NCBI GenBank assembly: GCA_964549945.1
Contig: CAZJXD010000007.1
Span: 33,444 to 97,443, forward strand
DNA: 64,000 bases
Source of the DNA: an uncultured Desulfobacteraceae bacterium
GTDB taxonomy: Bacteria; Desulfobacterota; DSM-4660; Desulfatiglandales; B25-G16
Direction of reading: 5' to 3'
Shown in pieces: positions 10,945 through 22,336 of the stretch. The notes below the pieces were generated by a model, which saw only the letters and a list, made by a program, of their open reading frames with translations, was not told the DNA's origin and ran no database searches. The number at the start of each line of letters is the position of its first letter. Positions within the stretch are counted from its first letter, which is position 1. The translations under genes were made by a program, and so were the position numbers.

Positions 10945-12114
10945 CTACTTTACCTTGAGCCATTTCTCCGGGTCAAGATTTTCCCCTCCTTTTCTGATCT
11001 CAAAATACACCCCTGGCCCCAGATTCCATCCAGGATCTCCTGCGATACCCACTGGCTCTCCTTCTGAAATCATCTCCCCCTTCTGCTTTGCCCTCTCTTG
11101 GAGATGAGCGAAGAGGGTGAAATAATGTGCCCCGTGATTAACGACCATTAGCTGCCCATACCCCTTAAACCAACCGGAATAATCCACTTTGCCTGGAAAC
11201 ACCGATCGAACCTCTTCACCCGCAGACCCGGTTATGTACACCCCTTTTGTATGCATGAATGGGTTTGATCCGGATTTATGAAGATCCCCTATGATCTTTC
11301 CCTTTAACGGCAGGGGTAATTCCCCCTTCATATGCGCGAGCCCTTTCAGGGGAAAATTCTGTTTCTCATCCGTCTCGAGTCGTATTATGGTCTGATTGAG
11401 CGCCTGAGCGGCCTGTTTCAACTCCCTCACCGCCTTTGCATAAAATTCCTTTTCCCTGCGTGACTTCATGAGCACATATACCTTTCCCTCAATATACCTC
11501 TCAAGGAGGGCTCCCCTTGCGTCCTTGGCCTTCTTCAGTACCTCGAGAGCGGCCTTATTCTCCTCGAGCCCGACCAGTTCCTGTTCAACCTGACTCCTCT
11601 TTTCCTCTACCATATCGAGAACCTCTCTATCCCGATCCATAATGGAGCTCATGTACCGAATTGTCTTCTCAAGCTCCTGAAGGCTATCGGCCCCCATGAG
11701 AAGGGCTATATAGCCGGCTCTCCCGAATTTGTAGAAGGCGACGAGGCGTCTGGTAAAGTAGTCCTCGACATCATGGAGCGAGTGGTTCAGCTTCTGGACC
11801 CTTCTTTGGCCATCCTCGATAGCATCTTCTGTCTCCCGGATCCGGCTCGATAACTCACGCAATGCACCCCTGTTCTTCGCCAACTCCATTTCCAATCGTT
11901 CTATCTCCCCCAGGATATCTTTCTCCCTTAGATCAACGCTGAGCAGTTCCCCCTGCTGCTCTGAGAGGTGCTTTTCGATCTCCTTGATCTGGGAGCGAGT
12001 AGCCTCGATGAGGGATTTCCTCTCCTCGGCCGAGGGCTCCGCCCATAGACAGGCCGCGAGTATGGCATAAAGGCCGAGAAAGAATGATAAGAGACCAGCG
12101 ATCTTTGTGTTCAT
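10945..12114 (-). CDS. envC: Murein hydrolase activator, coiled-coil plus M23 peptidase domain (EnvC-like)
   Basis: Signal/TM, long coiled coil and a C-terminal LytM/M23 domain. Overlaps the ftsX stop by 4 bp. Confidence 0.8.
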   Translation of the reverse strand: MNTKIAGLLSFFLGLYAILAACLWAEPSAEERKSLIEATRSQIKEIEKHLSEQQGELLSVDLREKDILGEIERLEMELAKNRGALRELSSRIRETEDAIEDGQRRVQKLNHSLHDVEDYFTRRLVAFYKFGRAGYIALLMGADSLQELEKTIRYMSSIMDRDREVLDMVEEKRSQVEQELVGLEENKAALEVLKKAKDARGALLERYIEGKVYVLMKSRREKEFYAKAVRELKQAAQALNQTIIRLETDEKQNFPLKGLAHMKGELPLPLKGKIIGDLHKSGSNPFMHTKGVYITGSAGEEVRSVFPGKVDYSGWFKGYGQLMVVNHGAHYFTLFAHLQERAKQKGEMISEGEPVGIAGDPGWNLGPGVYFEIRKGGENLDPEKWLKVK

Positions 12115-13010
12115 ATTCTAAAAAAACGACTCAATGAAATCATGCTTCCAAGAAACCCAACGATAATGCTCATAAGCAACAAGAGCAGGATAAAACGTGG
12201 CGAGAGAAAAACGATCTCGAGAGAGCTAAACCCAACCCTGAGATCTATTCTGTAGATGACCGCCAGGTAACACAGGAATAAGATCACCAGGGCGGTTAAT
12301 CCTCCGAGAAGCCCCTGGATCGAGCCCTCGATGAGGAAAGGAGCTTTTACAAGTCGATTGGTCGCACCCACGAGCTTTAGTATCTCGACCTCATCATGCC
12401 TGGAGTAGATAGTCAATTTTATCGTGTTGATAATAATGAAAAGGGCCGCTAAAAAAAGCAATCCCCCGAAGATTATGCCAATCAACCTCACCGCCCCCAT
12501 TATGGCCTGTATCTTCTCTATCCATTCGTGGCTGTAGTGTACCTCATCCACTACCTCGAGCCTCTCGAGCCTCGTTTTTAATTGCCGGGGGAAATCCTCG
12601 GTCTTCCCTCCGGAGAGAATGATCTCAAGGGAGGCAGGCAAAGGGTTATCCTTTAGGCCATCAAGGAGTCCGGCTTTATCGCCCAATCTTTTCTTGAGGT
12701 TTCTCATGGCATCGCTTTTTGAAATAAACTCCTTGACAGTCACCTCGGGATACTGGAGCAGCTCCTCGGTGACCCTCTCAACGGCAACCTTATCGGCATT
12801 CCCCTTGAAATATATGGACATGGTCAACGAGCTTCCCTGCTCCTCAATCCAATAATTGATATTAAGGAACACGAGGAGAAAGACGTCAAAGATGAGAAAT
12901 GCGATAGCCATCGTGCCGATGCCTATCAGGTGAACCAATCGATTCTCAGAGATGTTCGCCAGCGCTCGCCGCATGGAGTAACGAAGCAATGTAGCTCTCA
13001 CCTGAAACAA
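12111..13010 (-). CDS. ftsX: Cell division permease FtsX
   Basis: FtsX topology: TM, large periplasmic loop, then 3 C-terminal TMs. Lies downstream of ftsE. Confidence 0.85.
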   Translation of the reverse strand: MFQVRATLLRYSMRRALANISENRLVHLIGIGTMAIAFLIFDVFLLVFLNINYWIEEQGSSLTMSIYFKGNADKVAVERVTEELLQYPEVTVKEFISKSDAMRNLKKRLGDKAGLLDGLKDNPLPASLEIILSGGKTEDFPRQLKTRLERLEVVDEVHYSHEWIEKIQAIMGAVRLIGIIFGGLLFLAALFIIINTIKLTIYSRHDEVEILKLVGATNRLVKAPFLIEGSIQGLLGGLTALVILFLCYLAVIYRIDLRVGFSSLEIVFLSPRFILLLLLMSIIVGFLGSMISLSRFFRI

Positions 13011-13206
13011 ACCCTCTCACGTATCAATCGGTAAATAAAAGGTATTAAACCCCAGGGCAAGCCCTGGACCCTATTTTAAACGGCAACCCCGCCGCAAGCG
13101 GTCGGGGTATTGAAAATTTAATAATGAGTCTCATGGGTACATATCATATACAATCCCGCCCATAAAGGCTGGATTCTTCTTCTTTCATTCTCTTCTTCTC
13201 CGTCTG

Positions 13207-13866
13207 CTACACTACCCTGCCCTTATTGAGGGTGACCACCCTTCTCCTCGTATCCTTCAGCAGTGCCTGGTTATGGGTTGCCACGATTACCGTGGTACCC
13301 CTGATATGTATCCGCTTCAAGAGGGCCATTATCTCGATAGTCAGGTCTTGATCCAGGTTTCCAGTAGGCTCATCTGCCAATAGAATCAGAGGGCTATTTA
13401 TAATGGCCCGCGCTATGGCGACCCTCTGCTGTTCTCCCCCTGATAGTTGAGGAGGGCAATACCCCTCCTTTCCCCCTAACTCGAGGTACCTGAGGGCCTG
13501 ATGAACCCTCTTGCGTATGGTTGAAAAGGGAGCGCCCATTATCTCCAAGGCGAGGGCCACGTTCTCAAAAACAGTGCGATTGGGAAGCAGCTTGAAATCT
13601 TGAAAGACCATCCCCATTCTTCTTCGCAGCAGCGCAAGCTCTTTATCCTTTATCCTGTTAAGGTTTCTTCCGTTCACCAATGCATGGCCGCTCGTTGGCC
13701 TCTCGGCGCATAAGATGATCTTTAGCAATGTGGTCTTCCCCGCACCGCTGGACCCTGTGATGAACACGAATTCCCCCTTCTCAATCGTCAGGCTCACGTC
13801 TATGAGCGCGGGATTTTCCGAGCCAAAGCTTTTGTACACATGAAAGAGCTGGATCATCTCACCCAA
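13207..13866 (-). CDS. ftsE: Cell division ATP-binding protein FtsE
   Basis: ABC ATPase with Walker [10 protein letters not shown], signature LSGGEQQR and Walker [12 protein letters not shown]. 219 aa. Confidence 0.9.
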   Translation of the reverse strand: MGEMIQLFHVYKSFGSENPALIDVSLTIEKGEFVFITGSSGAGKTTLLKIILCAERPTSGHALVNGRNLNRIKDKELALLRRRMGMVFQDFKLLPNRTVFENVALALEIMGAPFSTIRKRVHQALRYLELGGKEGYCPPQLSGGEQQRVAIARAIINSPLILLADEPTGNLDQDLTIEIMALLKRIHIRGTTVIVATHNQALLKDTRRRVVTLNKGRVV

Positions 13867-14161
13867 ACTGAGGGGCTAATCTCAGGAACACAAGGCCCAA
13901 AACTAAGGTTTATCTAAACCCATATCCTCGGGAGAGGGGTATGGGGTAAACGCCTCTTGGGTCCGGATACGTGAGTCTCCGGTTGCCGGAGTTAGTCAAC
14001 GGCTTCTCTTCTACGAAAGCAATGGTAGGTCGTTAAGAGGCCAGCAACTTGTATACGTCAACTGCTTTGCTATTTAGAATAAGGGCTGAAAGATGTCAAG
14101 GTGCTATTCATCGAGCATGGGGAGTGGGCTCTGAGCATAGGCGGGCCCTTGTCTCGGTATC

Positions 14162-15724
14162 TCATTTTGCGTATTCAATGGCTCTTGTTTCCCTGATTAC
14201 CGTCACCTTTATCTGTCCAGGGTACGTGAGATCCCTTTCTATCTTCTTTGCTATCTCCCTACATATCATCGCTGACTCGGAATCATCGACTTTATCGCTC
14301 TCCACTATTATCCTCAATTCCCTGCCTGCCTGAATCGCGTATGATTTATTTACCCCCTTGAGAGAATTGGCGATACCTTCCATGTCCTCCAGTCTCTTCA
14401 CGTAGGACTCGAACATCTCCCTTCGGGCGCCAGGCCGTGCACCGGATAACGTATCGGCCGCCTGGAGAAGCACGTCCATGACGGAAGCAGCCTGTATGTC
14501 CTCGTGATGTGCCGCGATCGCGTGAACTACCTCTTCGGATTCACCGTATTTTTTCGCGAGCTCGGCGCCTATATGCGCATGGGTCCCCTCGACCTCGTGG
14601 TCTACTGCCTTACCGATATCGTGAAGCAACCCTATCCTCCTGGCCTGTTTCTCGTCTAACCCCAACTCCGAGGCCATTATGCCGCACAAGAAGGCTACCT
14701 CAATTGAGTGTTGGAGGACGTTTTGCGCATAGCTTGATCTGTATTTTAGCCGACCGATTACCTTAATCAATTCCGGGTGGATCCCATGGAGGCCAATATC
14801 AAAGGTAGCCTGTTCCCCGGCCTCCTTGATGTTCGTCTCAATCTCCCTGCCCACCCTTTCAACCACCTCCTCGATTCGAGCCGGGTGAATCCTGCCGTCC
14901 TCTATCAGCCTCTCAAGGGCAACCTTGGCTACCTCTCTCCTGACGGGATTGAACCCGGAGAGCACCACGGCCTCTGGCGTATCATCGATAATTAGGTCTA
15001 TTCCGGTTGCGGCCTCGAGCGCCCTAATATTCCTGCCCTCCCTCCCGATAATCCTTCCCTTCATCTCATCGTTTGGCAGGTTCACCACCGACACGCACTC
15101 CTCTGCCACGTAATCACCTGCGTATCTCTTGATGGCCAAAGCCAAGATCTCCTGTGCCTTTCTGTTGGATATTTCCCGGGTTTCGGCCTCTATCTTCTTA
15201 ATGAGTTTGGAGGCCTCATGACGTGCCTCTGACTCCATCGAAGAAACGAGCATATCCTTTGCGTCAGCCGCGGAAATCCCCGCAATCCTCTCCAGCTTCC
15301 TCCTCTCATCCTCAATGAGGTTATCAAATTCCTCAGCCTTGCTCTTTATCTCGTCCTCTCGATTTGCAAGGCTCCCCTCTTTTTTGGCTATTCCCGACTC
15401 CCGCTGCTCGAGCTGCTCCATCTTCCTTTCCAGGGATTCCTCTCTCTGAAATAACCTTCTCTCTTGATTCTGGAGCTCTTTCCGCCTCGATCTCGTCTCC
15501 TCTTCGAAATCGATCTTCATTTGATAAAGCTTGTCCTTGGCCTGTAGCTGGGCCTCTTTTCTGATCGTCTCAGCCTGCTTGCTGGCTTCGAGTATAACCT
15601 TTTTTGAATACTCCTCTGCGGAATCAAGCCTGCGCTCTACTATCTTCTTGCGAGCTATGACACCTATCGCTCCTCCAATGATGATCCCTGCCAGCGCGAC
15701 AATACTCAAATAAGTGATTACCAT
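14162..15724 (-). CDS. rny: Ribonuclease Y
   Basis: N-terminal TM, coiled coil, KH domain and HD domain (HDIGK). 520 aa. AAGGTGGTGA RBS. Confidence 0.9.
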   Translation of the reverse strand: MVITYLSIVALAGIIIGGAIGVIARKKIVERRLDSAEEYSKKVILEASKQAETIRKEAQLQAKDKLYQMKIDFEEETRSRRKELQNQERRLFQREESLERKMEQLEQRESGIAKKEGSLANREDEIKSKAEEFDNLIEDERRKLERIAGISAADAKDMLVSSMESEARHEASKLIKKIEAETREISNRKAQEILALAIKRYAGDYVAEECVSVVNLPNDEMKGRIIGREGRNIRALEAATGIDLIIDDTPEAVVLSGFNPVRREVAKVALERLIEDGRIHPARIEEVVERVGREIETNIKEAGEQATFDIGLHGIHPELIKVIGRLKYRSSYAQNVLQHSIEVAFLCGIMASELGLDEKQARRIGLLHDIGKAVDHEVEGTHAHIGAELAKKYGESEEVVHAIAAHHEDIQAASVMDVLLQAADTLSGARPGARREMFESYVKRLEDMEGIANSLKGVNKSYAIQAGRELRIIVESDKVDDSESAMICREIAKKIERDLTYPGQIKVTVIRETRAIEYAK

Positions 15725-16200
15725 TGTCTCATCACCACCTTTTACATTGGTCCTGGAGTTTTTATGGGAAAAGAGGAATTGATAGAGGCTTAGGGGAATG
15801 ACAGGGTGCTAAGGGCGGAATGAGCGTTTCTCGGATAGTATTCAACGGAACATGGCGAGTTCGGGGGCTTTGAGCTAGGGTCTATTTCTAGAGGGACGCT
15901 CTTCACCTTCGCTTTTTGTGGTTCAATATAGATATCTTTCCCTGATATAGCATACATCCAAGCGGAAATGTATTCTTTAAGCCTTAGACTATCAATCCAC
16001 TCTTTTCGAATTCCCCCGCTTCAATGCCGTGTCAGCGGTTCTTCTTGAACCCAAGATCACGTAAGTGGGCATTTCGTTGCCCCATTAGGTCTTCTTCTTT
16101 TTTGGTGCCTGAAAAGACACACAAGGACAAGTGGAAACCCCCTTTCTTATGGTGTTGACTCAAAAAATTCCCGCCAATCACGAACATAGCAGGGGAAACC

Positions 16201-16491
16201 TTATTGCAATACCGTGTTTACGCTCAGTATCAACTTTTGGGACCTATTATTGATTTCCCTTAGTAGATCCTCCTTTTCTTTTGTGAGTTGAAAAAAATCT
16301 CCTGCGATATCAAGGGCGGCTAGAATGGCTGCCTTCTCATCGTTTAGGCCCCTGCTTGAGCCGCTTATCTCCTTGAGTTTTTGGTTCACATACGCCGCCA
16401 CCTTTAAAATCCGTTCCTTATCATCCGCGCCCCTTATGGCATACTCCCTATCCCTTATCTTGATCGTAATTGTCTCGTTCACGGTGCTCAT
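16201..16491 (-). CDS. zapA: Cell division protein ZapA
   Basis: About 96 aa, ZapA-like sequence. Start set to ATG 16491; the track ORF begins at a TTG abutting the zapB stop. Confidence 0.7.
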   Translation of the reverse strand: MSTVNETITIKIRDREYAIRGADDKERILKVAAYVNQKLKEISGSSRGLNDEKAAILAALDIAGDFFQLTKEKEDLLREINNRSQKLILSVNTVLQ

Positions 16492-16503
16492 TAGGTCACA
16501 CAA

Positions 16504-16734
16504 TCAGGCAAGCTCCTCTATTCTCCTCAGCAGAGCGGCTACTCTCTCCCGAACAGCCTCTCTATCGGCCTTTAGGCCCTCCATCTCCTGGGCGAGCGAG
16601 CGAAGTTCCTCTCCCGCCTCTTTCACTTGCCTCTTTAAGGCGGCGTTCTCCTCTTTCAGGGAACTCACCAGCGAGATAAGTGACCCTACCTTCTGTTCTA
16701 ACAGTTCAAACTGGTCTAGTTCATCGAATCCCAT
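16504..16734 (-). CDS. zapB: ZapB-like coiled-coil cell division protein
   Basis: 76-aa all-coiled-coil protein directly upstream of zapA. Confidence 0.5.
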   Translation of the reverse strand: MGFDELDQFELLEQKVGSLISLVSSLKEENAALKRQVKEAGEELRSLAQEMEGLKADREAVRERVAALLRRIEELA

Positions 16735-16850
16735 GAGGGTCTGCGTAATGGTAATAATTTCTACTATATCGTATCTGGATAGAAAGTCAAGCGATAAGAA
16801 GGTAAGACAGATGCCCGTTCAGGGAGGGGTTCTCGGGAAGGGTGATGGTA

Positions 16851-17015
16851 TTATATCAACTTCATGAGACGCATTATAAAGAAGAGGACTCCCACGACCA
16901 TGCCGAAGATGGCGCAAATCTGGGCAACCAAGAAGAGGTAAAACAACTTCTCCCTGGTATCCCTCGCTCGGCCATAAGGCCTCTTCTTTGTTATTGTTCC
17001 ACGCTGTATGGTCAT
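16851..17015 (-). CDS. Candidate 54-aa membrane protein (basic N-terminus KKRPYGRARDTREK plus one TM)
   Basis: Hand-translated small ORF between the V-ATPase D gene and zapB. No convincing Shine-Dalgarno. An in-frame stop lies 18 codons upstream. Confidence 0.25.
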   Translation of the reverse strand: MTIQRGTITKKRPYGRARDTREKLFYLFLVAQICAIFGMVVGVLFFIMRLMKLI

Positions 17016-17132
17016 GTGGTACGGAGCTATGAAGTATCGCGGTTTAGGGTGAGTTTTGTCTCCGCCTGCTCAGTTGAAGACACCTCCTGAAGCATAGTGT
17101 TAGATCGACGTGATGAGCGGCCTCCCTGTCCA

Positions 17133-17774
17133 TTATTTCCTTGCCTCAAGGGATGCCTTTATCTTCTTTAAGCGAAGGAAGCTCTCCCTCTCTATCTCCT
17201 CCATCCTCATCTCTATATGCTTAATCGTCGCCTTCAGCCTGGGAATTACGATATACTCCAAGGCATTCACCCGCCTCTTGGTCTTCTCTACCTCCTGGGC
17301 GATTCTCCTCACGGATTCCTCCACTTCCGCGAGCTTCACGAGTAACGAGAGGGCCTCCTCGAAACTCCTGGCAGCATCATCGAGCTTCGCGTTGGTACTC
17401 AATAGGCCATAGCCCCTCTCGTGAACCCTTCTCACGAGCTCCCCAGCCTCCATAATCGGAACCGAGACGCCCATTATGTTTTTGGTCATAAGGCTCAGGC
17501 TTATGTCCCTTGCGCTTATTGCGCCTATCTGTTCAATGTCGCGGGGACCCAGCAGGACTTCGGCCATAAGGAGATCGTGAAAGGCGCCCTTCAAGCGTTC
17601 CTCTGCCTGTCTTCTCGCGTCCTTATACTCCCGGATCACCACCATGAACTCGGAGATCAGCGCGTCGCGTTTCTCCTTCAGGAGCTTATGCCCTTTATCG
17701 GCGAGCTTTACCCTCTTCTTGAGCTTCAGCAGCTCCATCCTGGTGGGCTTTACGTTCTGCAGTGTCTCCGTCAC
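17133..17774 (-). CDS. atpD: V/A-type ATP synthase subunit D
   Basis: 213-aa coiled-coil protein with the conserved N-terminus (PTRMELLKLKKRVKLA). Last gene of the operon. Confidence 0.9.
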   Translation of the reverse strand: MTETLQNVKPTRMELLKLKKRVKLADKGHKLLKEKRDALISEFMVVIREYKDARRQAEERLKGAFHDLLMAEVLLGPRDIEQIGAISARDISLSLMTKNIMGVSVPIMEAGELVRRVHERGYGLLSTNAKLDDAARSFEEALSLLVKLAEVEESVRRIAQEVEKTKRRVNALEYIVIPRLKATIKHIEMRMEEIERESFLRLKKIKASLEARK

Positions 17775-17777
17775 GCG

Positions 17778-19196
17778 CTAATCCCCTGCCTTCACCGCCG
17801 AATCTCCCTTGTAGTATTGCTTCACGTACTTCTCGTCTATCCTCTTAAGCTCGCCCTCTGGAAGCATGGACAGCAGTTCCCATCCCAGATCGAGCGTCTG
17901 TTCAATGGTCCTGTTTTCATCCGCCCCCTGAGTGACAAACCTCTCCTCGAAGATATCCGCGAACTTCAAATTGAGACGATCCCTCTCGTTTAACGCCTCC
18001 TCGCCCACAACCGCCACGAGGCTGCGGACATCCCTTCCTTCTGCATACGCGGAGTAACACTGGTCTGATACCCCTAAATGATCCGCCCTCGTTCTGCCCT
18101 CCCCGATGCCCTCGTTCATGAGCCTCGAAAGGCTCGGCAGGACATCCACCGGAGGGTAAATCCCTTTTCTATGCAGCTCACGAGAGAGCACGAACTGCCC
18201 CTCGGTGATATATCCGGTAAGGTCCGGCACGGGATGGGTGATATCGTCGTCGGGCATGGAGAGTATGGGCATCTGGGTGATAGAGCCCTTCTTGCCTATG
18301 ATCCTTCCTGCCCTCTCATAATTGGTGGCGAGATCGGTATACATGTATCCCGGGTATCCTCTTCTCCCGGGAACCTCTTCTCGTGCCGAGGAGATCTCCC
18401 TCAACGCTTCGCAGTAGTTGGTCATATCCGTAAGGATCACCAGCACATGGGTGTCATAATTGAAGGCAAGGAACTCCGCTGCTGTGAGCGCCATTCTTGG
18501 TGTGATAATCCTCTCGATGGCGGGATCATCTGCGAGGTTGATGAACGAAACGATCCTTTCCAGGGCCCCGGAGGATTCGAAGCTATTCATGAAGAAGTTT
18601 GCCTCCTCATGGGTGATTCCCATGGCCGCGAATATCACGCTGAACGGTTCTTCCGAACCCAAGACCGTTGCCTGCCGCGCGATCTGCGCGGCGAGCTCGT
18701 TATGCGGTAAGCCCGCGCCGGAAAAGATGGGGAGCTTTTGTCCCCTCACCAGGGTATTCATTCCATCGATGGTGGAAACACCGGTCTGGATGAACTCGTT
18801 CGGGTAGTCCCTCGCCGTTGGGTTGATAGCGGCGCCGATAATAGGAAGCCGTGCCTCCGGGATAATCTCTGGGCCCCCGTCGATTGGCCGGCCCAGCCCA
18901 TCGAAAGACCGTCCGAGCATCTCCTTTGAGACCGAGAGCCTCATGATGTCCCCGGAGAACCTCACCCTCGTCTGATCCGTGTCGAGCCCCCTTGTCCCCT
19001 CGAACACCTGGACAATGGCCAGGTTTTCCTGTGATTCCAATACCTGTCCCATTCTGTTCTCGCCCTCGGGGGTACGTATATTCACCACCTCGCCATAGGC
19101 CACCTCTTCCACCCCTTCGACGATCATGAGGGGGCCCGCGACCTGGGTGACGGACCGATATTCCCTCGCTTTGATATCCCGTGCCTTCTCTTTCAT
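17778..19196 (-). CDS. atpB: V/A-type ATP synthase subunit B
   Basis: 472 aa, non-catalytic B subunit sequence. Confidence 0.95.
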   Translation of the reverse strand: MKEKARDIKAREYRSVTQVAGPLMIVEGVEEVAYGEVVNIRTPEGENRMGQVLESQENLAIVQVFEGTRGLDTDQTRVRFSGDIMRLSVSKEMLGRSFDGLGRPIDGGPEIIPEARLPIIGAAINPTARDYPNEFIQTGVSTIDGMNTLVRGQKLPIFSGAGLPHNELAAQIARQATVLGSEEPFSVIFAAMGITHEEANFFMNSFESSGALERIVSFINLADDPAIERIITPRMALTAAEFLAFNYDTHVLVILTDMTNYCEALREISSAREEVPGRRGYPGYMYTDLATNYERAGRIIGKKGSITQMPILSMPDDDITHPVPDLTGYITEGQFVLSRELHRKGIYPPVDVLPSLSRLMNEGIGEGRTRADHLGVSDQCYSAYAEGRDVRSLVAVVGEEALNERDRLNLKFADIFEERFVTQGADENRTIEQTLDLGWELLSMLPEGELKRIDEKYVKQYYKGDSAVKAGD

Positions 19197-20962
19197 TTCT
19201 GATCCCCCAGTGATTCGAATTCGCCCTCGATAGACTTTATAAGTTGTTCATACCTCTGTGGAAAATCGGGGTTTGGGGTATACTTCATCCTTGCTATCTC
19301 ATCCTTAACCTTCATCGCCGCGATCCTGCTCGCCATAATGCCAGAGCTGATCGCCTTGTTGACCTCCTCATAGAATCGCTTAATGATCCTCAGCATGAGA
19401 TACTGCTTCTCCTTCGAGCAGTAAGAATCTATCTCGTGGTAAGCGTGTTGCTGGAGGTAGTCTTCCCTGATCATCCTCGCCACCTCCAACAGCGCCCTGT
19501 CCGCCTCAGGCAAGGCATCTTGGCCAACCAGCTGAACGATCTCCTGAAGCTCTGCCTCCTTCTCCAAAATGGTCATCATATCCCCTCTGAGCGCCTGAAA
19601 CTCCTTATCCACGTTCTCATCAAACCACGGCCTCACGAAGTCCAGGTAGAGCGAGTAGCTCGTCAACCAGTTGATTGCCGGGAAATGCCTGCGGTCTGCG
19701 AGGTTGGTGTCCAATGCCCAGAAGGAGCTCACTACCCTTAGGGTGTTTTGAGCAACCGGTTCAGAGAAATCCCCCCCTGGAGGGGACACAGCTCCAATAA
19801 TCGAAACGGACCCGAACCTCTTTTCCTTGCCCATGGTCACTACCCTGCCCGCCCTTTCATAGAAGTCGGCAAGCCTCGTGCCCAAATATGCGGGAAACCC
19901 CTCCTCGCCTGGCATCTCCTCAAGCCTTCCGGAGATCTCTCTGAGCGCCTCGGCCCACCGGGAAGTCGAGTCGGCCATCAGGGCGACGTCATATCCCATA
20001 TCCCTGTAATACTCGGCAATGGTCACTCCTGTATAGATCGAGGCCTCTCTCGCTGCCACCGGCATATTTGAGGTATTGGCGATCAAGGTGGATCGCTCCA
20101 TCAATTTCTCTCCGGTGTTTGGATCATCGAGCTCCGGGAAGGTGAGCAACACCTCGGTCATCTCATTGCCCCTCTCCCCACAGCCGACGTATACGACGAC
20201 CTGTGAGTCAGCCCACTTCGCGAGCTGGTGTTGGCTCACCGTTTTGCCGGTTCCAAAGCCCCCGGGAATGGCCGCGGTGCCGCCCTTGGCTATCGGGAAA
20301 AAGGTGTCGTATATCCTCTGGCCCGTGAGCAAGGGCACCTCGGGGTCGAGCTTCTCCTTCAGGGGCCTCCCTATTCTTACCGGCCACTTTTGCTTCATCG
20401 TCAACTCAATCCTCTCGCCCTCATCTTCGAGAACGGCGATAACCTCATCAACCGAAAAACTTCCGCTCTTTATCTCTACCGCCTTCCCCCTTTTCCCAGG
20501 CGGTACCATCACCTTATGGAGTATCACCTTTGATTCCTGCACCTCCCCTAGGATATCGCCCTCGACGAGCTCATCGCCTTTCTTTATGGTGGGGGTGAAA
20601 TCCCATTTCCGATTGGGATCGAGGCCTGGAACGTTTATTCCCCTTGTTATGTAGTCCCCTGTCTGGTTCCTGATCTCTAACAACGGCCTCTGTATTCCAT
20701 CATAAAAATTGGTGATGATGCCCGGACCAAGCTCGACCGAAAGGGGGGCACCTGTCCTCACCACCTCTTCCCCCGGCTTCAGCCCGGTAGTATCCTCGTA
20801 GACCTGTATATACGCCAACTCTCCTATGAGCTTTATCGTTTCCCCCATCAGCCCTTCCTGGCCCACCCTCACCACCTCATACATCTCGCAGCCCCGCATG
20901 CCCTTTGCGATGACCAGTGGGCCAGCAATGCTCTGGATCTTCCCTGTGCCTCCCTCTGCCAT
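19193..20962 (-). CDS. atpA: V/A-type ATP synthase catalytic subunit A
   Basis: 589 aa, P-loop GGFGTGKT and the A-subunit non-homologous region. Confidence 0.95.
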   Translation of the reverse strand: MAEGGTGKIQSIAGPLVIAKGMRGCEMYEVVRVGQEGLMGETIKLIGELAYIQVYEDTTGLKPGEEVVRTGAPLSVELGPGIITNFYDGIQRPLLEIRNQTGDYITRGINVPGLDPNRKWDFTPTIKKGDELVEGDILGEVQESKVILHKVMVPPGKRGKAVEIKSGSFSVDEVIAVLEDEGERIELTMKQKWPVRIGRPLKEKLDPEVPLLTGQRIYDTFFPIAKGGTAAIPGGFGTGKTVSQHQLAKWADSQVVVYVGCGERGNEMTEVLLTFPELDDPNTGEKLMERSTLIANTSNMPVAAREASIYTGVTIAEYYRDMGYDVALMADSTSRWAEALREISGRLEEMPGEEGFPAYLGTRLADFYERAGRVVTMGKEKRFGSVSIIGAVSPPGGDFSEPVAQNTLRVVSSFWALDTNLADRRHFPAINWLTSYSLYLDFVRPWFDENVDKEFQALRGDMMTILEKEAELQEIVQLVGQDALPEADRALLEVARMIREDYLQQHAYHEIDSYCSKEKQYLMLRIIKRFYEEVNKAISSGIMASRIAAMKVKDEIARMKYTPNPDFPQRYEQLIKSIEGEFESLGDQK

Positions 20963-20972
20963 AATCTCCTCT

Positions 20973-21296
20973 CTATGCTATTTCAAACCCAACGGTTTTC
21001 TTGATAAGCGCTCGTATAGGGTCGGGCCTCGTGACCAGGGGCCCTCCGCTATCTGGAATCTCAACCAGGATAGGCATTATCCCCTTTTTAAGCCTCGCAG
21101 CCTCCTCCAGCTCCTCTCCCAGCTCCTCCGCTACCCTTTCGGTAATCAACATGAGGGCAACCTCTCCACTGAAGAGCTCCCTCAGCAAGGCCCTTCTATC
21201 TCCTCTTCTGACCTCATCGAGCAGAAACGTCCTCCGGATACCCGCCAGTTTGAAACCATGAACCGCGTATCTGTCCCCTATCAAGGCAATTTCCAT
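20973..21296 (-). CDS. atpF: V/A-type ATP synthase subunit F
   Basis: 107 aa, position between C and A, F-subunit-like sequence. Confidence 0.75.
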   Translation of the reverse strand: MEIALIGDRYAVHGFKLAGIRRTFLLDEVRRGDRRALLRELFSGEVALMLITERVAEELGEELEEAARLKKGIMPILVEIPDSGGPLVTRPDPIRALIKKTVGFEIA

Positions 21297-21298
21297 GG

Positions 21299-22336
21299 CT
21301 ACCTCGTCACCGTCTCCCTTATATCCTCCCTGTCAAGATCGACTTCGGTGCTTCTCACTACGGCCATGAGGCCATTGACCTCCGCCTCCTTGGATACGAT
21401 AAACCCGATGAGAGGCCCGGGCCCGAAAGGCTTCTTCTTCCTGATATCCTCTGCCTTCTTTGACAGGAGGTTGTCGAGGGCTGCTTCAAATGAAAAGACC
21501 GACTCAGTCCTCTCGTATTCCGGCTGAGCGCTCAACAGAGGCTCATAATAGATGGTGCCCTCCAGGAGCGAGATGAGGCCCGATAGTTCCTCCTCATCAA
21601 AGGCAGTGGTTATCTCGTGCGTGAGCGCGAACTCGGGGACCAAAAAGGGGCTCACCTCATCCAGGGAGAGGCCGTCCTTCTTCGCCCTTAGGATCATCTT
21701 GAGGTTATGGACCTGCGCGCATACCTCGATGAAGTCCCTGAATTCCCTCATGCCCTTCATCTTCAAGGCCTTTGCCAAGAGGTCTTCCCAGAAGATCTTG
21801 TCTAACAAGGCCTCCAGGTGAAACAGGTTGTGCGTCGCGTGATAGTTGGCGAGCCCCTCGCTGAGCCCTTGATAGGGGGTTCTCGTCAAGAGCGCGGCGA
21901 AGCCGTCCACTCCCTCCGCGTCGATGAGACCCTTCAGGAACACGAAGTCCAGCTCGCCCCCCTCAACCAGGGATTCCACGATCTCCTCCTTTCTCGCCTC
22001 CCCGTGGATTCCCCGCATGATCGTTCTCAGGTTCATCACATCCCATCTTCCCAAGAGGTATTGCCTTATCGGCCATGCGCCCTTGGGCATGATAGTTGAG
22101 AGTTCTTTCGCCAAGGCGGAGAATTCCTCCAGGATAGCCCTTTCTAGCTCCCTGGCCTCGTGCGCCGCCCCCTCCGAGAGGTAGGGAAAATAGTCCGTTC
22201 CCTCCAACAGGGAGGCTACCTCTGCTGGAGAGGTACAACCCCATAGATCATCCCATCTCATCGGAGAGATGAACTTCCCCTCCTTTGCCATGACCTTCGC
22301 GTTTACGTAAAGATATGAGAGGACATCCCTGATCAC
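21299..22336 (-). CDS. atpC: V/A-type ATP synthase subunit C
   Basis: 345 aa, position between E and F. Confidence 0.75.
   Translation of the reverse strand: MIRDVLSYLYVNAKVMAKEGKFISPMRWDDLWGCTSPAEVASLLEGTDYFPYLSEGAAHEARELERAILEEFSALAKELSTIMPKGAWPIRQYLLGRWDVMNLRTIMRGIHGEARKEEIVESLVEGGELDFVFLKGLIDAEGVDGFAALLTRTPYQGLSEGLANYHATHNLFHLEALLDKIFWEDLLAKALKMKGMREFRDFIEVCAQVHNLKMILRAKKDGLSLDEVSPFLVPEFALTHEITTAFDEEELSGLISLLEGTIYYEPLLSAQPEYERTESVFSFEAALDNLLSKKAEDIRKKKPFGPGPLIGFIVSKEAEVNGLMAVVRSTEVDLDREDIRETVTR

Noticed and set aside
16325-16867. 180-aa plus ORF
   Set aside because: Antisense to zapA/zapB. Ser/Leu-rich low-complexity.
19244-20654. Several 100-190-aa plus-strand ORFs inside the V-ATPase A/B genes
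   Set aside because: Antisense to strongly conserved atpA/atpB. They have no RBS and biased composition.
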